Source: Vicinamibacterales bacterium (GTDB taxonomy: Bacteria > Acidobacteriota > Vicinamibacteria > Vicinamibacterales > JAMQPK01). Taken from it: 64,000 nt of DNA. This document shows positions 50,192 to 60,733 of the stretch, piece by piece. Positions within the stretch are counted from its first letter, which is position 1. The number at the start of each line of letters is the position of its first letter. The position numbers and the translations under genes were made by a program. Below the pieces are notes generated by a model. It was not told the DNA's origin, searched no databases, and saw only the letters and a list, made by a program, of their open reading frames with translations. The stretch lies in assembly GCA_963787755.1 (NCBI GenBank), contig CAWBEG010000002.1, positions 351,101 to 415,100 of the forward strand, written 5' to 3'.

Positions 50192-50749
50192 TTACTTGGC
50201 GGGAGGCGTGGCTGAGTAGCCGGCGCCTTCGCCGCCCTTGGTCATTGGGTTCCCTTTTTCGTCTTCCTCTACCTGCACCGTCGTCACAGGTCCATATCCC
50301 TGGATCTGGACGATGGTTTCACCGCCGTCCTGATTGCCATCGTAATGGATGAAGTACGCCGGGTGAAACATCACGCTGCCGGCCGGCATCGGCTTCATTT
50401 CCTTCGCGCGGAAGACCTTGCCGGTACCGCCATACCACGTACCCTTGATGACGGTGACCCAGCGATCCATGGTGTGATAGTGCGGGCGGCTCGTCGTGTT
50501 GTTGCGGAAGACATTCCGTGTGATGTAGAAACCGGTCGAGTTCGCCGAGCCGAACACGGGGCCGCCATTCGCCGCGACCTCGGCGTCCGGCAGCATGATG
50601 AGATTTCCCGCATGCAGCAGCGGTGGTCGCGGCGGCTGCGCAGGCTTCTGAGTTTGAGGGGCGGGTGCCTGTCCATTGCCGACCGAGAGACCGGCGAGCA
50701 TGAACGCAGCAAAGGCGCACGCGGACACCGAAAGACGGGAAAGCCTCAT
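50192..50749 (-). CDS. Secreted cupin-domain protein
   Basis: A signal peptide is followed by RPHYHTMDRWVTVIKGTWYGG...AGSVMFHPAYFIHYDG. Confidence 0.55.
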   Translation of the reverse strand: MRLSRLSVSACAFAAFMLAGLSVGNGQAPAPQTQKPAQPPRPPLLHAGNLIMLPDAEVAANGGPVFGSANSTGFYITRNVFRNNTTSRPHYHTMDRWVTVIKGTWYGGTGKVFRAKEMKPMPAGSVMFHPAYFIHYDGNQDGGETIVQIQGYGPVTTVQVEEDEKGNPMTKGGEGAGYSATPPAK

Positions 50750-50783
50750 AGATCTCCTCCTGTGGAAGGAGAGAGTAGCGCCG

Positions 50784-51410
50784 CTACAGCATCGGGCGCA
50801 AGTGGGGCCAGATAGTGTCGGCGATAACCTTGTGCCCCGCGGCGTTCGGATGAAGGGTGTCGTCGAGGTCTACGTCGTCGTTCCCGACAATTCCCAGCAG
50901 GAAGAAAGGCACGAGCGGCACCTTATGACGATCGGCCAGCCGCGTGAAGATCCGATGGAACTCGATGGTGTAATTGAGCCCTCCAAGAGGCGGCGCCTCC
51001 ATCTGACACAGCAGCACATGGATGCCGCGCGTCTGCGCACGCTCGACGAGCGTCGAGATGTTGCGTTCGACCGTTGCGACCGGGACCCGGCGCAATCCAT
51101 CGTTACCGCCGATCGCGAGAATGACGATCCGCGTATCGGGAACCAGGGACCCGTCGAAGCGATGCAGAGCTTCGGAGGATGTGTCTCCAGTCAGGCCGGC
51201 GTTGATCACGTGGTAATCGCGCCCCTCGGCTGCGATTCGTTGCTGAAGCAGGGCAGGGTAGGCCTGTTCGGGACGAAGACCGGGACCCGAGGTCAGGCTG
51301 TCGCCGAACGCCACGATGACGGGTGTCCCGTGACCGGGAGATGACGGGCTCTCTCCATTGCATCCGATTGCTGCACCGGCGATGAGCAACGTGACGGCAA
51401 GCGACCGCAT
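50784..51410 (-). CDS. SGNH/GDSL hydrolase (TesA-like arylesterase/lysophospholipase), lipoprotein-like signal
   Basis: ATG at 51410. VAFGDSLTSG (block I), NAGLTGDT, AIGGNDG and DTLHPNAAGH (block V) are present. Confidence 0.8.
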   Translation of the reverse strand: MRSLAVTLLIAGAAIGCNGESPSSPGHGTPVIVAFGDSLTSGPGLRPEQAYPALLQQRIAAEGRDYHVINAGLTGDTSSEALHRFDGSLVPDTRIVILAIGGNDGLRRVPVATVERNISTLVERAQTRGIHVLLCQMEAPPLGGLNYTIEFHRIFTRLADRHKVPLVPFFLLGIVGNDDVDLDDTLHPNAAGHKVIADTIWPHLRPML

Positions 51411-51473
51411 ACTAAGATATTCGCAAGGCCGATGCCTGTCGGGCTTGGTACACATGATGCACGGAAAGTTGTG

Positions 51474-52128
51474 ATGCCATTGAGATGGTGGGCTATAGCG
51501 TTGCTCCTCGCAGTTCCTTTCGCAGCTGGCGCTCAGACACCAGCGAACCCCGACCCGACGCAACCTGATTTCACGATGATCGTTGAGGGGACCTTCGACC
51601 CAGAGACCCTCGCCGAATTCAATCGCAGGGTCCAGGACTACGCCGCCTTACGCAGCCGCCTCGAGGCGGGATTGCCACCCCTCGTGGTGACGACCAACCC
51701 TGACGACATCGAGACGTTCGAACAGAAGCTTGCTGAGCGGATTCGTCACGACGCGCGGGTCGCGGCGCGGGCAGCTGTTTGTGCCTGCGATGGAAGGGCA
51801 GCTGAAACGCATGATGGCGGCTCGCGCCGATGCGGTCACCGTCTCGGCAATCATGGACGACAATCCGGGCGAATTCGACGTCGACGTGAACGACACGTAC
51901 AAGAAGAAATACGCGCTGGCGACGATGCCCCCGAAACTTCTCTTGCTCCTGCCAGACCTGGCGCCAGATCTCCAGTATCGCTTCGTTGGACGTCACTTGA
52001 TTCTCTATGACGGCCGCGCGAACATCATCGTCGATGAAATTCCATACGCGCTGCAGTGCCGCGATTGCGTGCCCGCGCCGGAAGAAGACCACGAAGACGA
52101 CGATCCCGAACACCCAGCCGCCCGCTAA
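51474..52128 (+). CDS. Secreted protein of unknown function (paralog of 43330..43971), frame broken
   Basis: The signal peptide is MPLRWWAIALLLAVPFAAGA. FNRRVQDYAALRSRLE and LAPDLQYRFVGRHLILYDGRANIIVDE parallel the other copy. The break is near 51750. Confidence 0.5.
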
Positions 52129-52217
52129 ATTAGCCGTCCGCTCGTGGTATGCTCTCGCCTTCCGATTCATCAGGTAGTGTCCGGCTTTAGCCGGACCTGT
52201 CGAGCGAAGGAGTTGCC

Positions 52218-53105
52218 ATGGAGCGAAAGCAGGCGTCCGACTTTCCGCAGGAGCTTCTCGACCTTTTCCATCTGTACGTGCACGGCGACATCGATCGGCG
52301 CGCGTTCTTCGACCGCTCGGCGAAGTTCGCGGTCGGCGGGCTCACGGTGGCGGGCTTGTTTGAAGCGCTGCGGCCAAATTACGCATGGGCGCAGCAGGTC
52401 GCGAAGGATGACGCACGAATCCGAACCGAGTACGCGACAGTTCCGTCACCGGAAGGCAACGGTTCGATCAAAGGCTACCTGGCGCGGCCGGCGGCCGCAG
52501 GGAAGTATCCGGCCGTACTCGTCGTGCACGAGAACCGCGGCCTCAATCCCTACGTCGAAGATGTGGCGCGGCGCCTCGCGACCTCCGATTTCATCGCATT
52601 CGCGCCTGACGGCCTGACGTCGGTTGGCGGCTATCCCGGCGACGATGAGCGCGGCGGCCAGCTGTTCGGCAAGGTCGATCGCGAGAAGATGACGGTCGAT
52701 TTCATCGCGGCGATCAACTGGCTGAAGGCGCGCCCGGAGAGCACGGGCCGGCTCGGTGTCGTTGGATTCTGTTTCGGCGGCGGGATCTCGAACACGCTCG
52801 CTGTGCGGATGCCCGATCTCGGCGCGGCGGTTCCGTTCTACGGCGGCGCGCCGGCGGCGGAAGACGTCCCGAAGATCAAAGCGGCAGTGCTGGTCCACCA
52901 TGGCGAGCTCGACACGCGCCTCGTTCAAGCATGGCCCGCGTACGAGGCCGCGCTGAAGGCGAACAACATCCGTCACGAAGGGTACGTGTACCCGAAGGCA
53001 AACCACGGCTTCCACAACGACACGACGCCCCGCTACGACGAGGCGGCAGCGAAGCTCGCGTGGCAGCGTACGCTCGGGTGGTTCAATAAGCACTTACGTT
53101 CCTAA
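52218..53105 (+). CDS. Dienelactone hydrolase family protein with a Tat-type signal
   Basis: [18 protein letters not shown] is the twin-arginine region. [21 protein letters not shown] and KANHGFHND are present. Confidence 0.85.
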   Translation: MERKQASDFPQELLDLFHLYVHGDIDRRAFFDRSAKFAVGGLTVAGLFEALRPNYAWAQQVAKDDARIRTEYATVPSPEGNGSIKGYLARPAAAGKYPAVLVVHENRGLNPYVEDVARRLATSDFIAFAPDGLTSVGGYPGDDERGGQLFGKVDREKMTVDFIAAINWLKARPESTGRLGVVGFCFGGGISNTLAVRMPDLGAAVPFYGGAPAAEDVPKIKAAVLVHHGELDTRLVQAWPAYEAALKANNIRHEGYVYPKANHGFHNDTTPRYDEAAAKLAWQRTLGWFNKHLRS

Positions 53106-53163
53106 GTGGTCGATGCTAGGTGGTAGCTCGTAGCTAGCAGGGACGAAACTGTGAACGCAGAAA

Positions 53164-53196
53164 GGGCCGCCGGGCAATCGGCGGCCCTTTTTCTTT
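53164..53196 (+). terminator. Rho-independent terminator after the dienelactone hydrolase gene
   Basis: gggccgccg, a 6-nt loop ggcaat and cggcggccc are followed by tttttcttt. Confidence 0.7.
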
Positions 53197-53315
53197 ACAG
53201 ATTTGCGCGACCAACGGGATGTCAGACAAATGCTGGCAACGTTGCACTCAAACATGAATGGCGCGCGTGCCGAAAGCGCCAAAGCCGAACGTTGAGGTGT
53301 ACACTCGCTTCAGCT

Positions 53316-54050
53316 ATGAGCATGGGCTTCGGTGCGGCTTCGGAGCCTGACCTCTCGGCCCTTTACGATCGCCACTTCACGGTGGTTCCCGCGGACACTC
53401 CTGAATTACTGGACGCCGCACACGCGCTGCGATACCAGGTGTACTGCGTTGAGCATCAGTTTGAGGATCCCGCTCTTCAGCAAGGTGAGAGGGAACGCGA
53501 TCGGTACGATGAGCATTCCGTTCAGTCCGTACTCATCGCCAGGTCGACTGGGAAGGTGGTCGGCTGCGTGCGTCTTATCATTCCGCAGGGCGACGCCTCT
53601 TCGATGCCCCTGTGGGATCTTCTAGGCGATAAGGACCGCGCGCGTCTCGACGCGTTCGGCAGGCATCGAACTGCGGAGATCTCGCGCTACGCAATCGCAA
53701 AGGCGTATCGCCGGCGCGAGGGTGAAAGCCTGTACCCTGACGTGGCAGAGCCCTTGGCAAATGAACTGCGCCGGCTTGTGCCCCATATGAGCATCGGGCT
53801 CTTGCGCGGTGTCGGCCTGTTAGCGTCGCGGAATGGTATGGAGACCGTGTGCGCGGCAATGGCGCCTGCGCTCATGCGCTTGCTCGAGCGGTTCGGACTT
53901 GTCTTTGAAAAGCTGGGGCCACCGCTCGACCTTCACGGCATCCGGCAGCCTTGCTTAGGCGAATGCGAGCAACTGCTGGCCGGAATGGCTGAGCGCAACG
54001 AAGAGTATCACCGGCTGGTAGCGCAGGCGTACCACGCGCGGCACCCGTAG
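53316..54050 (+). CDS. PEP-CTERM/exosortase-system-associated acyltransferase family (N-acyl amino acid synthase-like)
   Basis: The N-terminus FTVVPADTPELLDAAHALRYQVYCVEHQFEDP...ERDRYDEHSVQSVLI...GCVRLI is the pattern I recognise for that family. Recognition is from memory; no search was run. Confidence 0.65.
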   Translation: MSMGFGAASEPDLSALYDRHFTVVPADTPELLDAAHALRYQVYCVEHQFEDPALQQGERERDRYDEHSVQSVLIARSTGKVVGCVRLIIPQGDASSMPLWDLLGDKDRARLDAFGRHRTAEISRYAIAKAYRRREGESLYPDVAEPLANELRRLVPHMSIGLLRGVGLLASRNGMETVCAAMAPALMRLLERFGLVFEKLGPPLDLHGIRQPCLGECEQLLAGMAERNEEYHRLVAQAYHARHP

Positions 54051-54057
54051 CCGGCGC

Positions 54058-54459
54058 GTGGGTGTTCCTCTCCACCTCGACAGACTTACTTCAGAAGAAG
54101 GATCCCGACTTCGGGCGATCCGCCTGCGCGCATTGCTGGAAGCGCCAGATGCATTTGGCAGCACATTCGAAGAGACTGCAGCGCGGCCGATGGAATCATG
54201 GTTGACCCAACTCAAGGAGATGCCGACATTTGTTGGAGTCAACAGCGGTGTAGATGTCGGTATGGTGCGATGCGCGCGGGACGAAACGCAGGCCGAGACG
54301 GCATGGGTGTTGTCGATGTGGGTCGCACCTGATGCACGACGGACCGGTGTCGGCGCGGCTCTGGTCGACGCTGCAATTGCGTGGGCACGATCGAGCGGCA
54401 TACGGCGACTGCTTCTGGATGTCGCGGACAGCAATGCATCCGCCATCGCGCGCGTGTGA
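54058..54459 (+). CDS. GNAT acetyltransferase, probably C-terminally truncated
   Basis: MWVAPDARRTGVGAALVDAAIAWARSSGIRRLLLDVADSNASAI is the acetyl-CoA-binding motif A region. The stop falls where the last strands would normally follow. Confidence 0.6.
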   Translation: MGVPLHLDRLTSEEGSRLRAIRLRALLEAPDAFGSTFEETAARPMESWLTQLKEMPTFVGVNSGVDVGMVRCARDETQAETAWVLSMWVAPDARRTGVGAALVDAAIAWARSSGIRRLLLDVADSNASAIARV

Positions 54460-55207
54460 TCTCGTATTGGCGGCCCGATCCTGGGTCCGACGCTCGGCCC
54501 TGTCAAACCTTAGTCGCCTTCGGCGCCGGCAATCTTCATCTCAACGTGACCGGTTGATTTTTCTCACGAATGCCGTGAGCATCTCCGAATACCTGACGGT
54601 CAGTTCAATGCCATAGCACTGCACTTCACGGATCAAGTCGGAGGCGTGCGAGATGGGATACTCACGCACCCTTGGAATCGGTGTGGGAGGCTGGAGCAGC
54701 GGCACTTGCCAGTTAGGACATCAGTGATCAAGGATTCAGGCGCGCGGTCTCAACCGGCATTATTGAAGGTCGCGAAATTCTGATCCGCCAGACGGATTCG
54801 ATCTGCGAAAGATCCAAAAGGGAGTTCGACGCTCCGCGAGAGACGGTGCGCGGCACTACATCTGTATTGTATCGGCAAACGAAACGAATCTGGGTTATCG
54901 TAGGAAGACACAACGGCGACTTCGACCCTCTCCTTAACGCGATGGCGCGTCGTCATACTTCGCTAGACGGATGGATCGATCAAACACCGTGCGTGCATTG
55001 CAAGCGCGACGGGCTCGTTCGGTTAGAAGTGATCGTGAAGGGACTCAACACGTCACTCACGTTCTATTGCGGGCATTCGAACAAACGTGGCAAGAGTCTG
55101 ACAAACGGCTATCGCAGACTACCAGCAACGAGCGCCCGATCGTGCCGGCACGATGCGCGGACGCCCACGATGATGCGCCGCTCTCTCGAGGGATTTGTTA
55201 AGGAATT

Positions 55208-55283
55208 TGGAGCCGGCGACCGGACTTGAACGGGTGACCTGCTGATTACGAATCAGCTGCTCTACCAACTGAGCTACGCCGGC
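55208..55283 (-). tRNA. tRNA-Thr (anticodon CGU), CCA encoded
   Basis: Manual cloverleaf: acceptor GCCGGCG/CGCCGGC, D stem GCTC/GAGC, anticodon stem GCTGA/TCAGC with loop TTCGTAA, T loop TTCAAGT. The T stem has one C-C mismatch. Confidence 0.85.
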
Positions 55284-55323
55284 CTTGGCGGGACCTCAAT
55301 CTTACCACCGCTTGCCCGCGCGC

Positions 55324-55412
55324 GACTCTTTCGACTCGTGGACTCTGGACTGTGGACTCTCGACTCTGGACTGCCGACTCTTCGACTCTCGACTCCGTGA
55401 CTCCTCGACTCC
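55324..55412. repeat. ~90-nt degenerate tandem array of GACTC(T/G) words next to the tRNA-Thr 5' side
   Basis: gactctttcgactcgtggactctggactgtggactctcgactctggactgccgactcttcgactctcgactccgtgactcctcgactc. Confidence 0.8.
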
Positions 55413-55421
55413 CGTATTCGC

Positions 55422-55658
55422 TCACCCCTGCGCAGACTGCTGCTGCCGCCGCTCGCCGTCCTCCCGGCGTCTCTCGCGACGGCGATCAGGGCGCGACCGC
55501 ATCTCGAGGCGGGCGCACCCTTCGACAATCAGAAGGCTGGCGATCTCTCGCGAGACGTCGTACGTTTCCCCGACTCTCCATGCGGTGAAGTGCATTCCTG
55601 GAATCGTGGAGAACGGTCGTTTGATGATGGTAACCCGCATGAAAATCGTGAGGGCCAT
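55422..55658 (-). CDS. Hypothetical small protein with an Arg/Glu-rich tail
   Basis: A 78-aa ORF, (M)RVTIIKRPFSTIPGMHFTAWRVGETYDVSREIASLLIVEGCARLE followed by RPDRRRERRREDGERR. Confidence 0.4.
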   Translation of the reverse strand: MALTIFMRVTIIKRPFSTIPGMHFTAWRVGETYDVSREIASLLIVEGCARLEMRSRPDRRRERRREDGERRQQQSAQG

Positions 55659-55955
55659 CGGTGCGCACAGCGGCGCGCACCGACAACCGCGTAATTAGAT
55701 ACTATCGTCGTCATCATGACGTTGCCAATCCGATTTTCGTGCGAACCGTAATTTGTGGGAGCAATAATTGCCATAGCTGCCTTTCGGAGCGTCTCGGATC
55801 TAGTCACACACCGTTCAATGTAGCGATCAGGTACTTAGTCTCGACGAGCTCTTTGACGTGCGCCACCACTTCGTCGATGTTCTGATAGGCCGACTGAATG
55901 ACGTCGAGCCGACATTCGGTTTCCGCGATCGGGTATAAGGAAAGTGGAGGCATAC

Positions 55956-56258
55956 ATGGTGCTGATCAGAGAGATTTTTTTCTGCAAGCCTGGACAGGTG
56001 CGGCCGATGGTCGAGAAGTTCAAGTCGATGAATGCGCTTACCGAGAAACTGGGGTTGGGCAAGAGCAAGATCATGACGGACCTCAGCGCGGAGCGCTACT
56101 GGATGGTCGTCTCGGAGTGGGAAGCAAGAAGCCTTGGCGACTTTGAAGAGATGATGAAGGGCAGCGCGATGCAGGGCAAAGAATTCGAAGACATCATGAA
56201 GGACTATCACAACCTCGTGGAGTCCGGCAGGCGCGAAATCTACACGGTCGAAGGTTAA
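55956..56258 (+). CDS. Hypothetical small alpha+beta protein
   Basis: ATG at 55956 is preceded by GGAGG at 5-nt spacing. MVLIREIFFCKPGQVRPMVEKFK...YWMVVSEWEARSLGDFEEMM...RREIYTVEG. Confidence 0.5.
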   Translation: MVLIREIFFCKPGQVRPMVEKFKSMNALTEKLGLGKSKIMTDLSAERYWMVVSEWEARSLGDFEEMMKGSAMQGKEFEDIMKDYHNLVESGRREIYTVEG

Positions 56259-56265
56259 AGGAGAT

Positions 56266-57889
56266 TCAGCGCCCGCTCCGGCGGCGAGCACGCTGGTACT
56301 GATCGAAGGAGAATACGGAAATCAGCGGAACATCAAGATCGCGCGGCACTGCCTCTCCACTTCGTCGCCGGCCGGCATACTTGACGTATGCCGGCCTCTC
56401 GCGATCCATCAGACGGCGATCGGTGCGCGTAAACATCGCCGGCCGGTTCTGAAGCACGTACCACTTGAACCGGCGTGTCTCTGCGTCCACAGTGTGTGCG
56501 CGTAACTTCCCCCTGTCGCGCAAGTGGCCCAGGTTGAACACGGGAGAGAAGGCGATGGCTTCGTCGGCGCCGGTACGCTCATCGAGCCACTTGAGCACGT
56601 CGTTGTCGAGCGCATCCCACCAATACGCCGGTTCCATGCCCTTGTCGGCCGCACCTCGAAGACCGCCCGCGATGAGACTGTAGTGCGACAGCGTTTGGGG
56701 ATAGTAGCGAGCGAGGTTGACGGCGCTCGCCAGAAGAGCGCCTGAAAGCGCCAGGCGCAGAGCTATTCTCCACGAGACGGCGCGGACCGTGCCGATGAGA
56801 TCGAAAACCCGTTGGGCGCCAATGCCTGCGAACACGCACCAGAATCCAAATGCCGGCAGAAACAGCCGGATGCCATCGTGTGGCGGTGCGCCAGGCAGCG
56901 CGCGTACGACCATCAGAGGTGATCCAATGAAGCATCAGCGTCACTGAGAACGCCGTCGGCCTGGCGAGGCAATGCCAGAGGCCCACAATTCCGAGCGCCA
57001 ATGTCGGCAGCGGCGTGGCGAAGGCGAGCCACACGAGCGTGTTGTACCAAGGGAGGGGATTCGTAACGCTATAAGAGCGCCCCAGGAACTGAGTCGAGAT
57101 ATTCAATGCATTGGCGCGATTGAGACTGCGGTGGAAGTGGTCTCTGAGCCCGTCCAGCGGCTCGTACCAAATGGGCGGATTGAGAATATAGAAGGTCAGA
57201 AGTGCGACAGGAAGGATGACGAGCAGCCGGCGGATGGCAGCGGTATTTCTGTGAACGACTTGCGACATGACAGTCGGTAACCAGGCCAGCCATCCCGTGA
57301 ATTTCGTGGCCGTCGTGAATCCCAGCACAACGCCCAGTCCAATGGTTACGCCCCAGCCGCGTGCAGGCGCCGATTGAATCACCCACAGCAAGAGCCACCA
57401 CGCGGTGAGTTGTCCATCCTGCGTCGCGAAATGCGCCTCGGAAAACAATCGCGGAAATGTCAGCAGTGCGACGGGCGCCACGATCGCTGCAGCCGTCCCA
57501 TAGGTATTTCTCAGACGCACCGCGACACCTGCGCAGGCAATGCTGAACAAGGTGATCGGCCCCAATCGTGCGGCTGTCAGCGGATCGAGAAATCCCGAAA
57601 AAAGCCACTGACCAAGCGCAATCGGTAAGGCGAAACCGGCGGGATGCCCTTCAGCGTAATGGATGAAGAGCCAGTATGTCTGGATCTCTTCCTTCGAAAG
57701 AGCGTTCGGTATGACCCGGAACCACTCGACGATGTTTTTCGCTCGGACGAAGTACTCGGCTTCGTCCCATACCATCGGGATGCCTGGAGCGGTAGCGGCC
57801 AGAATAGTCCAGCAGCACACGAACGCCGCGGCCGCTATCTGAACGTTTCGGTCACTGATCGCTCGGCGCGCAAGCACGATACTCAGCAC
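56266..57889 (-). CDS. Membrane glycosyltransferase, family 39 / PMT_2 (ArnT-like), frame broken
   Basis: Multiple TM helices are present, with VWDEAEY in the first loop (DE motif). ORFs 56579..57889 and 56266..56913 join near 56915. Confidence 0.65.
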
Positions 57890-57898
57890 ACAGCTGCG

Positions 57899-58694
57899 TT
57901 ACCGTAGCGCTTGCGCGATGGCCGCTTCCGCGAGCGGCGCCATCACCTTGTAGCCTGCGGCGTTGGGATGGAGATCGTCCTCGCTGAATTCCGACTTCAA
58001 CATGCCGGTGCTGTCGATCATCGCGGAGTAGTAATCGAGGTACACATGCTTGTTCGCGGCGGCGTACGACTTCATCCAGTCGTTGACCGCTTTGATGCGG
58101 TCGACCGGGCGGCGTGCTGTCTGCGCGATGGCGTTCGGCGCCACGTGGTAGGCGCTGACGGGCGTGACGCTCGCGAGCACAACCCGGATGTTGTTCGCTT
58201 TCGCGAGCTCGGCCATCGATGCCAGGTTGTTCTGAATCTCTTCGTTGGTCATCGGGCCCGTGTTGCCCGCGATATCGTTCGTGCCCGCGAGAATGACGAC
58301 CACCCGCGGCTTCAGTGCGACGACGTCGGGCCGGAACCTGATGAGCATCTGCGGCGTCGTCTGGGCGCTGATGCCGCGATCGACGTAGCTCTTGCCCGGA
58401 AAGAACCCGCCGAATCTGCGGCTGCTGCCAGAAATCGGTAATCGAATCCCCCATGAAGACCGCGTCCGCGCGCGTCACGGTTTTGTTCGCGTCGCGATAA
58501 CGCGCAAGGTTCGCCCAGTCTCGAAGACGCGAGTCCTGATTGGTCACGGCTGTCAGCGCTGCCGCGACATCGGCGCATTGAAGCAGGGAAGCGGGCAGCG
58601 CCTGTCCGGCGCCGCCAAGGCCTTGCTGCGCTGAAAGCGCCCCCGATTGAACGAGCAGTGCGACGGCGACGATCGAGACAAGGAACGGTTTCAT
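57899..58694 (-). CDS. Secreted SGNH/GDSL hydrolase, frame broken
   Basis: ATG at 58694 opens the signal peptide MKPFLVSIVAVALLV. FMGDSITDFW, ILAGTNDI and DDLHPNAAGY are present. The break is near 58410. Confidence 0.75.
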
Positions 58695-58758
58695 GCGACC
58701 TCCATGCGTTGATGACGAAAACGGCACGTTTGATGCTTGAGCGTGACCGGAGAGTGAC

Positions 58759-58902
58759 ATGAGCTTACTGCTGATACTGATTATTCTGCTTGTCGTGTTG
58801 GGTGGTGGAGGATTTTACGCAGGTGGGCCGAGGTTTGGCGGCGGCGCCGTTGGGCTTATCCTGATCATCATCATCATCCTGGCGCTCACCGGGCGGTTGT
58901 AG
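58759..58902 (+). CDS. Small two-TM membrane protein (DUF3309-like), below the ORF-track size cut-off
   Basis: ATG at 58759 gives MSLLLILIILLVVLGGGGFYAGGPRFGGGAVGLILIIIIILALTGRL, ending at TAG 58900-58902. This is the typical DUF3309 layout, recalled from memory. Confidence 0.5.
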   Translation: MSLLLILIILLVVLGGGGFYAGGPRFGGGAVGLILIIIIILALTGRL

Positions 58903-58931
58903 CGTTTTACGGCGCTTTCGCGGCGCCGCGG

Positions 58932-60733
58932 CTATCGAATCTGCCGCATGACGTGCTCGAGCACGCGATTGACGCGCTCGTCGAGGCTGACCTGCTCGCC
59001 GAGCGTCACTTCTGGATGCTCCGGCGGCTCGTATTGCGAGCTCGAGTCGTTCGCGGTGCTCAGATACGTTTCGATGAACGGGATGCTGGGGCCGTCGTCG
59101 ATATCCATGGCCCGCCGCGCGCGCTCGCGCTCGGCCCGAGTGGGCGACGTGAAGCTGACGATGCACACTGAGCCGGCTTCGGCGAACAGCTTCGCGACTT
59201 CAGCCACGCGCCGCATGTTTTCTTCTCGATCGGATCCCGATACGCCGAGATCCGAGCTCAAGCCGGGACGGATGTTGTCGCCGTCGAGCACGAACACCTG
59301 AATGTGCCGCTCGAACAGGTGGCGCTCGAGCGACTTCGCAAATGTGGTCTTGCCGCTGCCAGGCACTCCCGTCAGCCACACAACCGCGCCGCGATGACCA
59401 TGCCGCAGGTGCCGCTCGCCGCGCGCGACCTGCGAAACGTCAGCATTGACGCCGGCGTCCGCGACGACGTTCGCCGCGGCGAAGCGTTCGGGAATGTCGA
59501 CCACGATGCCGCCGCCGGCCACGTCGAATCCGTCGACGAGCACGAGGCGGCCCAGCGTCGGCACCCGCTCGAACAGATCGATCGCGACCGGGCGCCGCGT
59601 GTGGATGATGACTTTGGCGGCGTCGTTCGTGCGCACCGAATCGGCGCCGGGAATGGTCTGCACCGTCGATGCATCGACCACTTCTTCCAGCGTCTTGATC
59701 TCGCACTCGACTTCCTGGGTCACGAGCTTCAGCTTGTAACGCTTGCCGGCCGCCAGCGGCGTTCGACCGAGCCAGAAGATTCTCGCCGTGAACTCCGTCG
59801 CGAGGCTGGGCGCATCGTCCGCGTGCACGGCGACCGATCCGCGCTCCACGAACAATTGATCCGAGAGCGTCACGCCGGCGGGATCGCCGGCGCGTCAGCG
59901 ACTCGACGTGCGGCGAGTTCCAGCGTCTCGATGGATCGCACGACGCTCGTGCGGCCGGAGGGCAGGAACAGCAGCTGATCGCCGGTGCGCAGCGTCCCGG
60001 CTTCGATTCGCCCTGCAAGAATGCGGCGATGATCGAAGCGATACACATCCTGAATGGGAAAGCGAAGCGGCTGGTTCTTGATCTCGGCCGCATCAGGGAT
60101 CGAATCGAGCGCTTCGAGGACAGCCGGCCCGCTGAACCACTTCAGGTTCTCTCCGCGCGCGGCGATGTTGTCGCCCTGCCGTGCCGAAACCGGGATGAAA
60201 ATCTGCGCCTCGACGCCGATGCTCGCCAGAAATTCCCGGTACTCGGTCGAAACCGCGTCGAACACCTTTTGCGAGTAGTCGACGAGATCCATTTTGTTCA
60301 CGACGATGACGACCTGGCGCACGCCGATCAGCCGCAGCAGATACCCGTGGCGGCGGGTCTGTTCCTGCACGCCTTCGGACGCGTCGATGATGATGAGCGC
60401 CGCATCGGCCCGCGCGGCGCCGGTCACCATGTTCTTGACGAACTCCTTGTGGCCGGGCGCGTCGATGATGACGTATTCGCGCTTCTGGGTGCGGAACCAG
60501 ATCTGGCTCGTGTCGATCGTGATGTTCTGGTCGCGCTCGGCCTGCAGCGCGTCCATGAGGTTGGCGAACTCGAACGGCACACCGCGGCGCTGCGCGATCG
60601 CGACGAGCTGCTCGTATTTGCCCTCGGGCAGCGAGCCGGTGTCGTAGAACAGCCGGCCGATGAGCGTTGATTTGCCGTGGTCGACGTGCCCCACGACGAC
60701 GAGGCTGAGCTGGTTCCGCGCGTAGGCCATCAC
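58932..60733 (-). CDS. cysNC: Bifunctional sulfate adenylyltransferase subunit 1 / adenylylsulfate kinase, frame broken
   Basis: The GTPase domain has [19 protein letters not shown] and NKMD. The APS kinase domain has the P-loop [11 protein letters not shown] and LDGDNIR. One or two breaks lie near 59875-59900. Confidence 0.85.

Noticed and set aside
54846-55229. A 127-aa ORF in the low-GC stretch, considered as a possible integrase or island gene.
   Set aside because: Its 3' end runs into the tRNA-Thr gene, it has no integrase or other motifs, and it has no ribosome-binding site. I found no integrase or transposase signature anywhere next to either tRNA.
55804-55953. A 49-codon minus-strand ORF (MPPLSLYPIAETECRLDVIQSAYQNIDEVVAHVKELVETKYLIATLNGV) with protein-like composition.
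   Set aside because: Its start codon sits inside the strong RBS of the divergent gene at 55956, and nothing supports expression. It may be a remnant of a longer gene, and there is not enough evidence to call it.
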